A stretch of DNA of 47,017 bases from Octopus bimaculoides (lineage: Eukaryota): NCBI RefSeq assembly GCF_001194135.2, contig NC_068997.1, forward strand, positions 3,143,418 through 3,190,434. Reading direction: 5' to 3'. The notes beneath the pieces were generated by a model that did no database searches, had not been told where the DNA came from, and was given only the letters and a program-made list of their open reading frames with translations. Position 1 is the stretch's first letter, and every line of letters begins with the position of its first letter. This document shows, one piece after another, positions 36,260-47,017 of this stretch. The translations under genes were made by a program, and so were the position numbers.

Positions 36260-36439
36260 CATGTATGTATGTATGTATGTATAGGTTTGCTTCAATAAGT
36301 CTGACTTCGAATTATTCTTCTCTCTATGATTTCATTAGTCGGTTATTCTAAATATTATTTTTGTGACAATGATGTATTTTGTTTGTAATTATCGTTATTG
36401 ATTGTTTTCTTTATCTCTTATCAACGACTTCTGTAAATC

Positions 36440-36830
36440 GTGCGTCGTGAATCTTTCCTCTTATTGATTATTTTTGTGTTGTCACCTTCCATTGTCTGAT
36501 CATTCGGTTGTCACATCTTTGATTACAGATGTCTTTACTGTGTCGAGTTACGTTAAAATATATTCTTTGTATATGACAACATATTCTATATATCTTGGAC
36601 CTGAGTGAAATCCGGCAAGATCTGGAACTAGAGGTTGAGTGATCTGGAACAGATTTTCCTAACATTTTCTTAGTCCAACGCACCTTTCTTTTAACAGCTA
36701 ATGAAATCGACCAACATCCTTCCTTAAAGGCAAGTGAAGTTAAGTTGATCACGTGAGATTATTTGAAATGAATTCTAACACTTCATAGTGTATCATCATC
36801 TCATATTGACGATACACTATGTGGACTAAA
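36440..36830 (-). mobile_element. Possible very old mariner transposase relic
   Basis: MIHYEVL, then DHSTSS/PDLA.(G)FH (YSPDLAPxDFH-like), then W K V near the end. Order fits, identity is low. Confidence 0.35.
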
Positions 36831-37758
36831 GCGGAGAGTTTTACTTAACTTCATAACCTAAGAAAAGTTATTTCTCTGATTAACATCACACATTTTCAGG
36901 AATGAATTTAATCGATTAACTCGGTGAGTTAAGATATTGAACGCAAAACATAAGAAAGATGTAATTGCATCATTTTCTCCTCCCCTCTAAATAGTTCTCC
37001 CTCGGTAGGAATTGAACGGAAAACATAAAAAAGATTTAATTGCATACAAGACATTTAATCAGATGTCGTTCATCATCGCTATCAAATAAGTACAGAAGCC
37101 GCACAAGTTGGTAGAAATAGAGGACAAATTTCGCTCAAAGCATTTTCAGAAGTGATGGCTTTGTGTTAAGATGAAATATAAGAGAAAATGGTCACGGCTG
37201 ATCATACATCATAGATCATTTGATCAAAGATCGGTTCAAATAAGAATGATTTAGGTTGTGCAACAATGAGCACTGACAGATAGAGAAATCAAGAAGGAAG
37301 CTTCTACATGGTCTAGTCAGTTGCCAGAAAGAAGAAAAAAAATTTTCCTTCAAAACGATTTGATTATTCGAACTACACCGCCACTGATAAAATTGTTTTC
37401 AGTCGGGTTTGACCTTCGAGTAAATAGCAACAGCAATGAGAACTGGTAAGTAAATAACTAGGGAAAAAATAAAACCCGAGAAACTTAGTGATGGCCTGCA
37501 TTGCGAAATGGCAAATGAGAAACATTTCAGACAGTGGGTTATATTTTAGGTGTTGAAGAAGAACAGGTATCCCGTGTCCAGATAAAACTGTTCCAGAAAG
37601 GGTTCTACTCGAAACTTTTGACTTGTATAATTTTGACTTGTACACTTCTTTTTAGCATAGTGTTTCTTGAAGTATTGAAATTTTCTGTGTCAAACAAAGA
37701 AACTAAATATTTGCTGATAACAACTCGCACACTCTCAGAAACTTCTACAGATATATAA

Positions 37759-37808
<50 letters not shown>

Positions 37809-38295
37809 NNNNNNNNNNNNNNNNNNNNNNNNNNNNNNNNNNNNNNNNNNNNNNNNNNNNNNNNNNNNNNNNNNNNNNNNNNNNNNNNNNNNNNNNNNNN
37901 NNNNNNNNNNNNNNNNNNNNNNNNNNNNNNNNNNNNNNNNNNNNNNNNNNNNNNNNNNNNNNNNNNNNNNNNNNNNNNNNNNNNNNNNNNNNNNNNNNNN
38001 NNNNNNNNNNNNNNNNNNNNNNNNNNNNNNNNNNNNNNNNNNNNNNNNNNNNNNNNNNNNNNNNNNNNNNNNNNNNNNNNNNNNNNNNNNNNNNNNNNNN
38101 NNNNNNNNNNNNNNNNNNNNNNNNNNNNNNNNNNNNNNNNNNNNNNNNNNNNNNNNNNTATATATATATATATATATTTGTATAAATATATACATGTTTA
38201 TATATTTATATATAAGGGAACAATAGTTTTTTTGTTCACTAAGCAACAAGACCCACCAACATCGCATCACAACCATCACAACATCCACCACTACC

Positions 38296-38326
<31 letters not shown>

Positions 38327-38669
38327 CAAACACAAACACCACTATATATAATTTTTTAAGTAACAGCCTCAAAAACATAGCAACATTATGTCATTCTTTG
38401 AACAGCTACCTTCAAATGGAAAGAACAAACAGGCTGAAAGATCGTAAAAGAGATAAAGAAACAGACGAACCCAGAGAAAATATATATCAGTAAATATATT
38501 TAAGAAATATTCAAAGGTTATATAAGTATTAATCATATCAGAGCAACTCACAACTATGCAACAGTGAATACAGCAAAAACTTCAGAAGAGGCAAAAAAGA
38601 AATATAATATACTAATGGTATGGATTTTTTTTTTTTAACGAAACGCTTGTACGAACAAGAAAATTTTAG

Positions 38670-38820
38670 TGTGTTAGTGAGATTATATGTGTGTGTGTGT
38701 GTGTCTCTGTGTATTTATTCGTTTATATATGTGTGTGTGTATGCATGCATATGTGTGTGTAATTATATATATATATATATATGTATGTATCTATGTATAT
38801 CCGTACAACTACAGGTATAA

Positions 38821-38871
<51 letters not shown>

Positions 38872-39185
38872 TGTATGTATATTTATGTATGCTTGTATGA
38901 AATGTACACATATATGTATATATATATATATATTACTAGCCGCTTTTTATTATTGTCTGCCGTATGTATGATTTATGTATGTATGTTCCTTTGCATGTAT
39001 GTATACATATGTATATATATATGTAAATATATATATATATATATATATATGTATATGTATGTATATCCGTATTATCAGCTATGTTGTATTAGTGTATGCA
39101 CATGATACACCCCCACACACATATATGTAGATATATGTGTGTGTACACGCATGCATATTCGTATTATGGATGTACACATGCATGC
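38670..39185. repeat. Compound (TG)n/(TA)n/(CA)n/(TATG)n microsatellite
   Basis: Directly visible. Confidence 0.9.
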
Positions 39186-39629
39186 GTAATTTAGAATTCG
39201 TTAATTTTCCATCAGATATATAAAACCGTTTGGTGAGGAATATGGTTTTTACAAGTAATGCAATGTCTAAGAATCACGGACTTTTAGTTCCACTGAAATG
39301 ATAACAATCACCATTATGTAGACTAAGGACTTAAAAACAGTGAAATACTCTATTTTGAAGAGATCAAATCAATACATATCTGTCCTTATTTTTCACTTGC
39401 TTTTTGTTCTTGTTTTGCCCCAAGAGAACCAATCAGTGATTATAACTGTTCACGCAGTGACCTCTCCCTAATATTGTACTCAAGAACCCCTTATCCACAT
39501 GTATCTGATTCTTGCCATTAGCATGCTTGTTGTTGTGGTACTCTTCCGTCAACCACGATAGAGTAGGATAATTCTTTATGACCATACCGTAGTGACTATT
39601 CCTTATTCCAGCAGTCCGCTCTTGTAATA

Positions 39630-39688
39630 CTTCAAAGGTGGTGCTCCAGCATGGCCGCAGTCAAATGACTGAAACAAGTAAAAGAGTA
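39630..39688 (+). mobile_element. SINE family B isolated 3' tail
   Basis: CTTCAAAGGTGGTGCTCCAGCATGGCCGCAGTCAAATGACTGAAACAAGTAAAAGA. Confidence 0.8.
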
Positions 39689-40719
39689 ATGTTGTTACTT
39701 GAGGTGCAGTGATTTATTTACTGCTTGTAGCAATTAGGCATCCACATAAATCCGGCCCAGTTGGCTTCAGTGCGTATATCTTTAAGTTTGTATGATATGG
39801 CTCCATGGATATTCGTCTTTTACATCTATCGGTTTAAGTATTCATATAAGCATACCTCTCTGCCACGATTTCATCGTGTGACTTGATAAAGCTTAAGGTT
39901 TGTTTAGTTTGTTTTCATACTAGTATTTGGATCACAATCGCTTTTTGCGTTTCCGGTTTCTTCAGCTCTTCTTGCGTTTCAGCTTTCTTGACCTCCGGAC
40001 CCTTCATACACGCTAATTGTCCAAAGGTTTCTGTATAGAGCAAAGATTTGGACTTGTGTGGAATAATGAAACCTCATGAGTGTTTGGTGAATTAATCATT
40101 ATTCCCTTAGTTTGTTGTGCTTATTTCCCTTTCAAAGTGTTTGTTATAGTGCATATGTAGAAAGGTTTTCGCAAAATATTTCCGGGTAGGACAAGGGCTC
40201 GACCCCAAGGATAACACTTCGAGAATACAGTGGAGGAAAAAATATCTCTCTCTTTCCCAGTTTATGACCGTTATTCTTCTCATGCCTAAGATTTCGAAAA
40301 TAGCAGCTGAAGGAATTGGCTCTCAGAAGGTAGATGAGACAGCACTCTTGACAAGTTTCTTTACTTATCGGTTGTTAGTAACATGTAAACCTTGAAACTT
40401 ATTTCTCTCCGATATTCACCTATCTGTTATCTCGATTCCATTATCGCTGTCTAGACAAGGTCTAGTGTATAACTGCTTCTGAAAGTTAGAATCTTCTCTG
40501 ATTAATGGAATCCACTTCCTTCACCTGTTCATATGTTTCACTTGGATGTCAATGTCGGCTGCAATGATGGCCAGTTACTCAGGTTGAAAATCCCCGTTCC
40601 TCTAATTTATTTACAATCACTATTGAGCGAACGAGTCTACGAATGAACCTCTACATGTTCAGTTAGCAGTAGCAGCCAAACATCTTTATTACATCCTACC
40701 ATCTAAAAGAAGAGGGGTT

Positions 40720-40938
40720 CTTTATTTTTCTGCTCTAGGTACAAAGCCCGAAACTTGGGGGAGGGGGCCAGTCGATTAGATCGACCCCAGTGCGCAACTG
40801 GTACTTAATTTATCGACCCCGAGAGGATGAAAGGCAAAGTCGACCTCGGCGGAATTTGAACTCAGAACCTAATGACTGGCGAAATGCTGTGAAGCATTTC
40901 GCCCGGCGTACTAACAATATGGCCAGCTGGCTGCCCTG
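40720..40938 (-). mobile_element. Best-preserved SINE family A copy, with 15-bp target-site duplication
   Basis: Full body with B-box-like GAGTTCAAATTCC. Flanked by AAAAGAAGAGGGGTT (40705-40719) and AAAAGAGGAGGGGTT (40939-40953), 14/15 identical. Confidence 0.93.
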
Positions 40939-42467
40939 AAAAGAGGAGGGGTTGCGTTAGATAAATAATACATTTTGAAAAAATGTTAGACTCTATACTC
41001 AGAGAAAAAATATCGTGATGGCAACGGTTGGAAAGCCTTTGGTAATAGCTCTGCTCGACTGAGATTCATTTGGGGATATATAACAGTTATATATAATTAT
41101 ATATATAATATAACGGTTATATATAATATATATGTATAATTTATACTAACATAATTCATATTAAAGAAGATGGTAACAATGTAATTTAAAGTTCAATCAG
41201 AACTGCATTGTTTAACGAAAGGGATTGATATAGTAGTACCATGTACACGTTAGCGTCTTCACAACGACAGATTCCCTATTCATCTATTAATGTAATCATT
41301 ATAGAAAGCTCTATTTGCATAATTTAGTTAAAATCTCTGAAGATGGCCATATGTGTTGCTGAGAATATGGACGTCTCTTCCTACGCTTTTCCCTTTTTGA
41401 TTTATATGAACACTTGTTTACAAAGCACTAAATATGGGCTTATCTATTAGATAAAGCAGAAGGTTGATTTTAGAAGGGGAAGCGAATAATTGATTAAATC
41501 GAATCTCAGTGCGATACCAGTGTATCGATTTTTCCGATCAAAGAGAAAATAAATTCAAGTTGCAGAAATTTAAAGTTAAAACTTAGAGACAAAATTAAAG
41601 TATGACGTTATCTGTTTAATGCTACCATGTTCAGTAGCCTCCACAAGGTGAATGGAACTGGCGGCGACAAACAAAATTCACTGTAGTGTTTATTGAAGTT
41701 ATTAATGCTTTTTTTGCGCTCTAATCTCACCGAGATCCACTTTGCTTTCTATTCTCCAGGAGAAAATAAAATAAAGCATCAGTAATTTAATAACATAAAT
41801 TTCATACCAGGATTCTCCTTCGAATTATCTTCTATTTCATTTTTTATTTTGTTTATTTATTTCTTTATTGTGTCAAATGATAACTGACTGAAGATCTCTA
41901 TAAAGTAATGCAGCAAAGTGTTTCCCTAATGATCCATTATGGTTAGGCATCCAAATGCACGTGGAACAACCAATGCTGAGTTTCAAATAACTGCAGTCAT
42001 GAAACGTGTGTACAAACTAATAATTTATACTTATGATCATCTTAATTTTTTCAACATGTACTCTGCACATCATAACTAGTACAGTGGTAGACCACGAAGC
42101 ACAGTGGTAGGCGAACCATTGCCCTGGAATCTGATTGCATAAGGACAATCTATGAAGATCTCTGACACATACAGTGAGAGTTGTATCTATCTTTATGCAC
42201 AATATACATGCATAAATAAATACGAGTATATATACATACATACATACATGTATATACATACATATGTATATGTATATATATATGTATGTAAGATTAGTAG
42301 CTAGATAGATATTTTATTAAACATTTACACACAGATTGACATCTAGAGACACTAAACAATCATGTCTAGATATAAAATACAGAGTTACATGGTAAGAGAT
42401 ACTTTTAAACTTAGAAACAGAAACAAAAAGAAACAGAGAACTGCATATACAGAGAACAACGTACGTT

Positions 42468-42508
<41 letters not shown>

Positions 42509-42550
42509 TATGAATGTGTATCTACACACACACGCGCACATATATATATA

Positions 42551-42712
42551 TATTCACACTATACAAAACCTATGGCCTCCAAGTACCTGACCCACCGGAA
42601 CTCGGCTATTGCGGACAATGCCAAATTCAACATATTGATGGCAGACCTCGTCAGAGTAATGCGAAATGTCTCCTGCATGTGCGACCCTACAGAATTAAAG
42701 AGACATATACAA
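42551..42712 (+). mobile_element. Penelope-like element RT thumb fragment, cut by gap
   Basis: YTKPMASKYLTHRNSAIADNAKFNILMADLVRVMRNVSCMCDPTELKRHIQ matches the PLE YxKPMxSxxxxHxxSA....K...L.....R..RN motif. Confidence 0.75.
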
Positions 42713-43189
42713 NNNNNNNNNNNNNNNNNNNNNNNNNNNNNNNNNNNNNNNNNNNNNNNNNNNNNNNNNNNNNNNNNNNNNNNNNNNNNNNNNNNNNNNN
42801 NNNNNNNNNNNNNNNNNNNNNNNNNNNNNNNNNNNNNNNNNNNNNATGTACTTACATGTATGTATATTTAAACAGGCGGTTTTTGACTGTGTGTTCGTGC
42901 GTGCGTGATGAAAACTAAATTTGGCAACTTAGGACAATACAGATTTTAATAATAATTTTTATGTGCCAGCGTAAAGCTGCAATAAAAATATTGTCTTGGA
43001 AATAATCTGAATTTGCCATGTTGTCCATTATAATTCTCTGCCACCCAGTGGAATTATCTTTGCTACAATCCTATCAAAGAATTTAGAAGGTTGGGGAAAC
43101 TGAGCAATGAGAGAGAAATAAAGAAAATGATTGGATATAGACTAAGAATTTGATGAGCAGAATGACAATATATCACTAGATTGTATGTG

Positions 43190-43311
43190 AATGAGTGCGT
43201 GTTGTAATTGTGTGTGTGTGTGTGTGTGTGTGTGTGAACGCGTGTGTGTGAGTGTATGTGGGCCTAAGTGTGTGTACACTCAGTACATACTCATCTATGA
43301 ATTTATGTGTC

Positions 43312-43375
<64 letters not shown>

Positions 43376-43525
43376 TATATATACAGAAAAACAGGGAGAG
43401 TGAGAGGAATGTGCATATGTGTACACACATGCATTATATATTCCTATGCATATATATATATATATACACACACACACATGCATAAATGTATATGTCTGCA
43501 TATGTATGTATATATACACACATAA
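43190..43525. repeat. (TG)n/(TA)n microsatellite cluster
   Basis: Directly visible. Confidence 0.92.
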
Positions 43526-44844
43526 AGGCCCGTACATTGCTAGATAAGGGAAATCTTCCTTTCCTATTGCTATTTTAAGATTTGTAGAAAATGGCGTCGA
43601 CTTTATTAGACTTACGAATTAAAAGTGTTTTGCGATGTTGTTGTGACAGCTGTACGGAGATGATTTGATATATCAGTTTCCGCTCACAGAATTTGTCAAT
43701 AAATCGGTTTTATGTTCATTTCTGTTGTGTATTTCTTTATCGCAAGCGAACTCTTAGCTTTGGTCAAATACCTACATCTATTGGCCACCTATTCATACGT
43801 TATTGAAACATCTGTATCTATATCATATTGAAATTTTTCGACACGTGTATCAGAGATATTTATGTATAAGCGTACACATGTAAATGAAAATAAGACTTAG
43901 TTTATTTATTGGCCAATGACTTACAACTAAAAATAATAATCTTTGTTTTAAGTGTAGGCGTCCAATCGGAAAAAAAACTTATGGCGCCACTGATTACTTA
44001 CACTAGGCGCATACACACATCAGACACACCTCACACATACACACATCACACACACATACACACATATAAGTATACACACACTCACATTAATACACCTATA
44101 TGTGTATAAGTGCATTTAATATGTATTTTAAGTTGCTCCTGGCCATTATAGCTAAATCATTACTGGAATACTTGTAGTTTGTGAAATTCGAGTAGTGACG
44201 ATGTAGAATGAAATATATATCTTACATCTCCAGGATAAATTACTTTTACTCCAATGACGTCGGCTGTAACATCTGCAGACCCTCCAAGACTGATGAGGAT
44301 GAGGTATTTGAGATTAAGTTTAAAACTTTGGCATTGTGTCTGTAGTGCCGATCAAATTATCACCAGTTTTCGACTGATGTTAATTTTATCGATCCCGGAA
44401 GAAATATATATTGCAGGTCATGATCGTAGGAGTCAATTAAGACTGTAAATGACTACCATTAAGTACATCCATTCTGCTATTTACTTGTTCTTGGATTTTA
44501 ATTATGATAATCATTAAATTTTAGTCTGCCTCGCTTTCGCACATATCTGTGAATGCTTTGCATATCTATTTTTACACAAGGAGCAATAATCCGTCTTAGT
44601 TGAGGATATCCGGAGATGTTCATCTCTGAGGAGTTTAAATCTGCCTGAAACTTTCTGTCTGGCGATCTGACAATAATATTTTGAGCAAGCATTTTAAAAA
44701 ATATTATTGCTTTTAATACAAGCCTCTTTAAGAAGTATTTATAAGACAAAATGTGATTGCTATCGCTATTCCACTTTTGTACATACATCATTATGTAGAA
44801 CATGATACACATATCACCATAGATTTAAGTTATTTCCAATAGTC

Positions 44845-44901
44845 TCATCTCTCTGTCTCTGTCTCTCTCTCTATATCTCTCTCTCTCCCTCCCTCCCTCT
44901 C

Positions 44902-44932
<31 letters not shown>

Positions 44933-45047
44933 NNNNNNNNNNNNNNNNNNNNNNNNNNNNNNNNNNNNNNNNNNNNNNNNNNNNNNNNNNNNNNNNNNNN
45001 NNNNNNNNNNNNNNNNNNNNNNNNNNNNNNNNNNTATATATATATGT

Positions 45048-45081
<34 letters not shown>

Positions 45082-45125
45082 ATGTATATGTGTTTGTATA
45101 TATATATATATATCTATATGTATAT
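44845..45125. repeat. (CT)n, gap, (TA)n
   Basis: Directly visible. Confidence 0.92.
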
Positions 45126-45582
45126 AATGGGATACAGATCTCTCTTATGTTCCCATCGTCATTCAAGGACTGGCTGCGCTATTCAGCGGCGCGCCGTACA
45201 TGAGATACTGGGTGAAAGTGCTGAGCAATGATGTGTGTAAATACAAACTTGTTACCGGTTCAACTATGCTTGAGACATATTCGAACCCGTAACAAAGTCA
45301 TTCACTGTATTTGTTGTGGAGGTAACCGCAAGAGATATTGCTTATGAATTATAGTACAGTGCTGAACGTAAAACTTAAACTATATTTCTTAATTTGTGAA
45401 CATAATATAATTTGATAAGAAGAATAATTCAAATTTCTAATTAAAAGCTATTTAATTAATAATGATATAACGATCAGGTTATCGGTCAAAGAAATAATCA
45501 AAAAGAGCAGATGTGTTGCATGACTGTTCTCATTAGGGTTTATAAACGAGTGCAGCTGCAATAAACATCAAGAACAATAACA

Positions 45583-46245
45583 ATACTTTCTACTATAGAC
45601 AAAAGACCTAACACGTTGGTGTGAGGGGGCTAGTTGATTATATTGACCCCAGTGCTCAACTCGTGAATATTTTCGGAAAGGATGAATGCCAAATTAAACT
45701 TCAGTGTATTTTGAACTAGGATACAAGGTTGGAAAAAATACCGATAAACATTTTGTTCGACATAGTAAGTAGTCTGCCGGATCGCTGCTTTATAATAATT
45801 ATATTTTTCTCAAATTTTAGCAGAAGACCACCAATTTTCGGGCAAGGGGCAAATAGATTACATCAACCGCAGTGGTCAACCGGTACTTATTTTATTGATC
45901 TCCGAAAGGGATTAAGGCAAAGTCGGCCTCGGTGGAAATTGAACTGAGAACGTAATGTGGAAGAAATACCGCTAAGGATTTTGTTCGACGTGCTAGCTAC
46001 TTTGCCATCTCACCGCCTTATAACAATATTTCGATTATGGACATAAGTACTGGTATTTGGGAGAGGGGGTTAGACAATTACATCTACCCCAATACGCCAC
46101 CGGTACTTATTTTATCAACTCCTACATGATGAAAGGTAAGGTCGACCTTGGCGGATTTTGAACTTAGAACGAGGAGACGGACGAAATACCGTTAAGCATT
46201 TTTCCCGGCGTGCTAATGATTCTGCCAGCACACCACCTTATAATA
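45583..46245 (-). mobile_element. Head-to-tail trimer of SINE family A (~45583-45788, 45810-46020, 46030-46245)
   Basis: Three units, each with ACCCCAGTG/GGTACTTATTTTAT/AAAGTCG.CCT.GG.GGA.TT.TGAAC/AAATACCG and ending C.CC.CCTTATAA(T/C)AAT. Confidence 0.9.
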
Positions 46246-46469
46246 ATGAAATGAATAAATTATAATATGTCCACACAGTGATTCATATTTTTGTAATGAG
46301 ATACAGCAGATCACAGTGACAACGGTACTTGTATATTATCATTTTCGTCTCCATGTGATGAAACACAAAGGAAACCTCAACGGGACTTGAAATAAATAAC
46401 TGAAGACATACTACACACTTTCTGATAATTTCGTGAACACTACAGCCGAAGCAATGGTAGTGGTTGCAG

Positions 46470-46475
46470 AAGCAA

Positions 46476-46542
<67 letters not shown>
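46470..46542. repeat. (CAG)n(TAG)n array
   Basis: Directly visible. Confidence 0.97.
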
Positions 46543-46543
<1 letters not shown>

Positions 46544-46658
46544 AAAGACCAAACGGAATTGGAACATTTAAGTTTGCGGTGGCTGTGTTAGAGTGAGTAC
46601 GTAGCATAAGTAGTATACAATACAATGTTTTTAAATGCATTCTATTCAAAATTTCAAT

Positions 46659-46692
<34 letters not shown>

Positions 46693-47017
46693 CACAGAGA
46701 AAGGAGATCGAAGAGATGGAGAAACAGGAGGGGAGGGGGAGAGAGTGAGAGGGAAGAAGAAGGAAAATGTGACATCGGTGCATATATTTCAATATTTATT
46801 TCCATAATGTCAATTGAGATCATATTAATATAATCATACGAATGAATATTCATAACATACATACGTAAATATATGTATGCATATATGTATGTATGTATGT
46901 ATATATAATAATAATATTAGGGATAAAATATTATTATATATTACTATATGTGACAGTGTATTTTCATCGATGAGTTCATGAACCTTGGTTCTTTTCCCTA
47001 AAACTATAACTATATAT

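Noticed and set aside
36936-37045. CRISPR-like repeat-spacer-repeat (35/40/35 bp)
   Set aside because: Only two imperfect repeats, eukaryotic context, no cas genes.
44290-44312. CTGATGAG as a hammerhead core
   Set aside because: No stem II hairpin and no GAAA partner.

Overview
Eukaryotic, AT-rich, microsatellite-saturated DNA with 12 assembly gaps. It is very probably an Octopus scaffold; this is inferred from the (CA)n/(TA)n/(AAT)n density and the SINE types, which resemble octopus repeats as I recall them, and no database search was run. I find no recognisable host protein-coding gene, rRNA, true tRNA or CRISPR. Almost every ORF in the track is a microsatellite or N-gap artefact, or a piece of a dead transposon. 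The window is a transposon graveyard containing: (1) a near full-length, inactivated Hsmar1-like mariner inserted at a TA inside a Tc1 relic, next to a second mariner subfamily; (2) a hAT (Charlie/Buster-type) transposase relic; (3) several R4/Dong-type RLE-LINE fragments tied to (AAT)n arrays; (4) at least six Penelope-like element (PLE) relics, two of them Naiad-like; (5) many copies of two SINE families that share a core module; (6) a two-copy GC-rich MITE. The most interesting signal is a set of minimal hammerhead-ribozyme-like motifs (stem I-CTGNNGA-A-stem II-GAAACGTH-stem I) in three different short repeats. One of these, a ~190-bp element, occurs as a closely similar inverted pair inside an (AAT)n nest at 28.6-29.65 kb. 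All family assignments come from manual translation and remembered consensus motifs, not from computed alignments.
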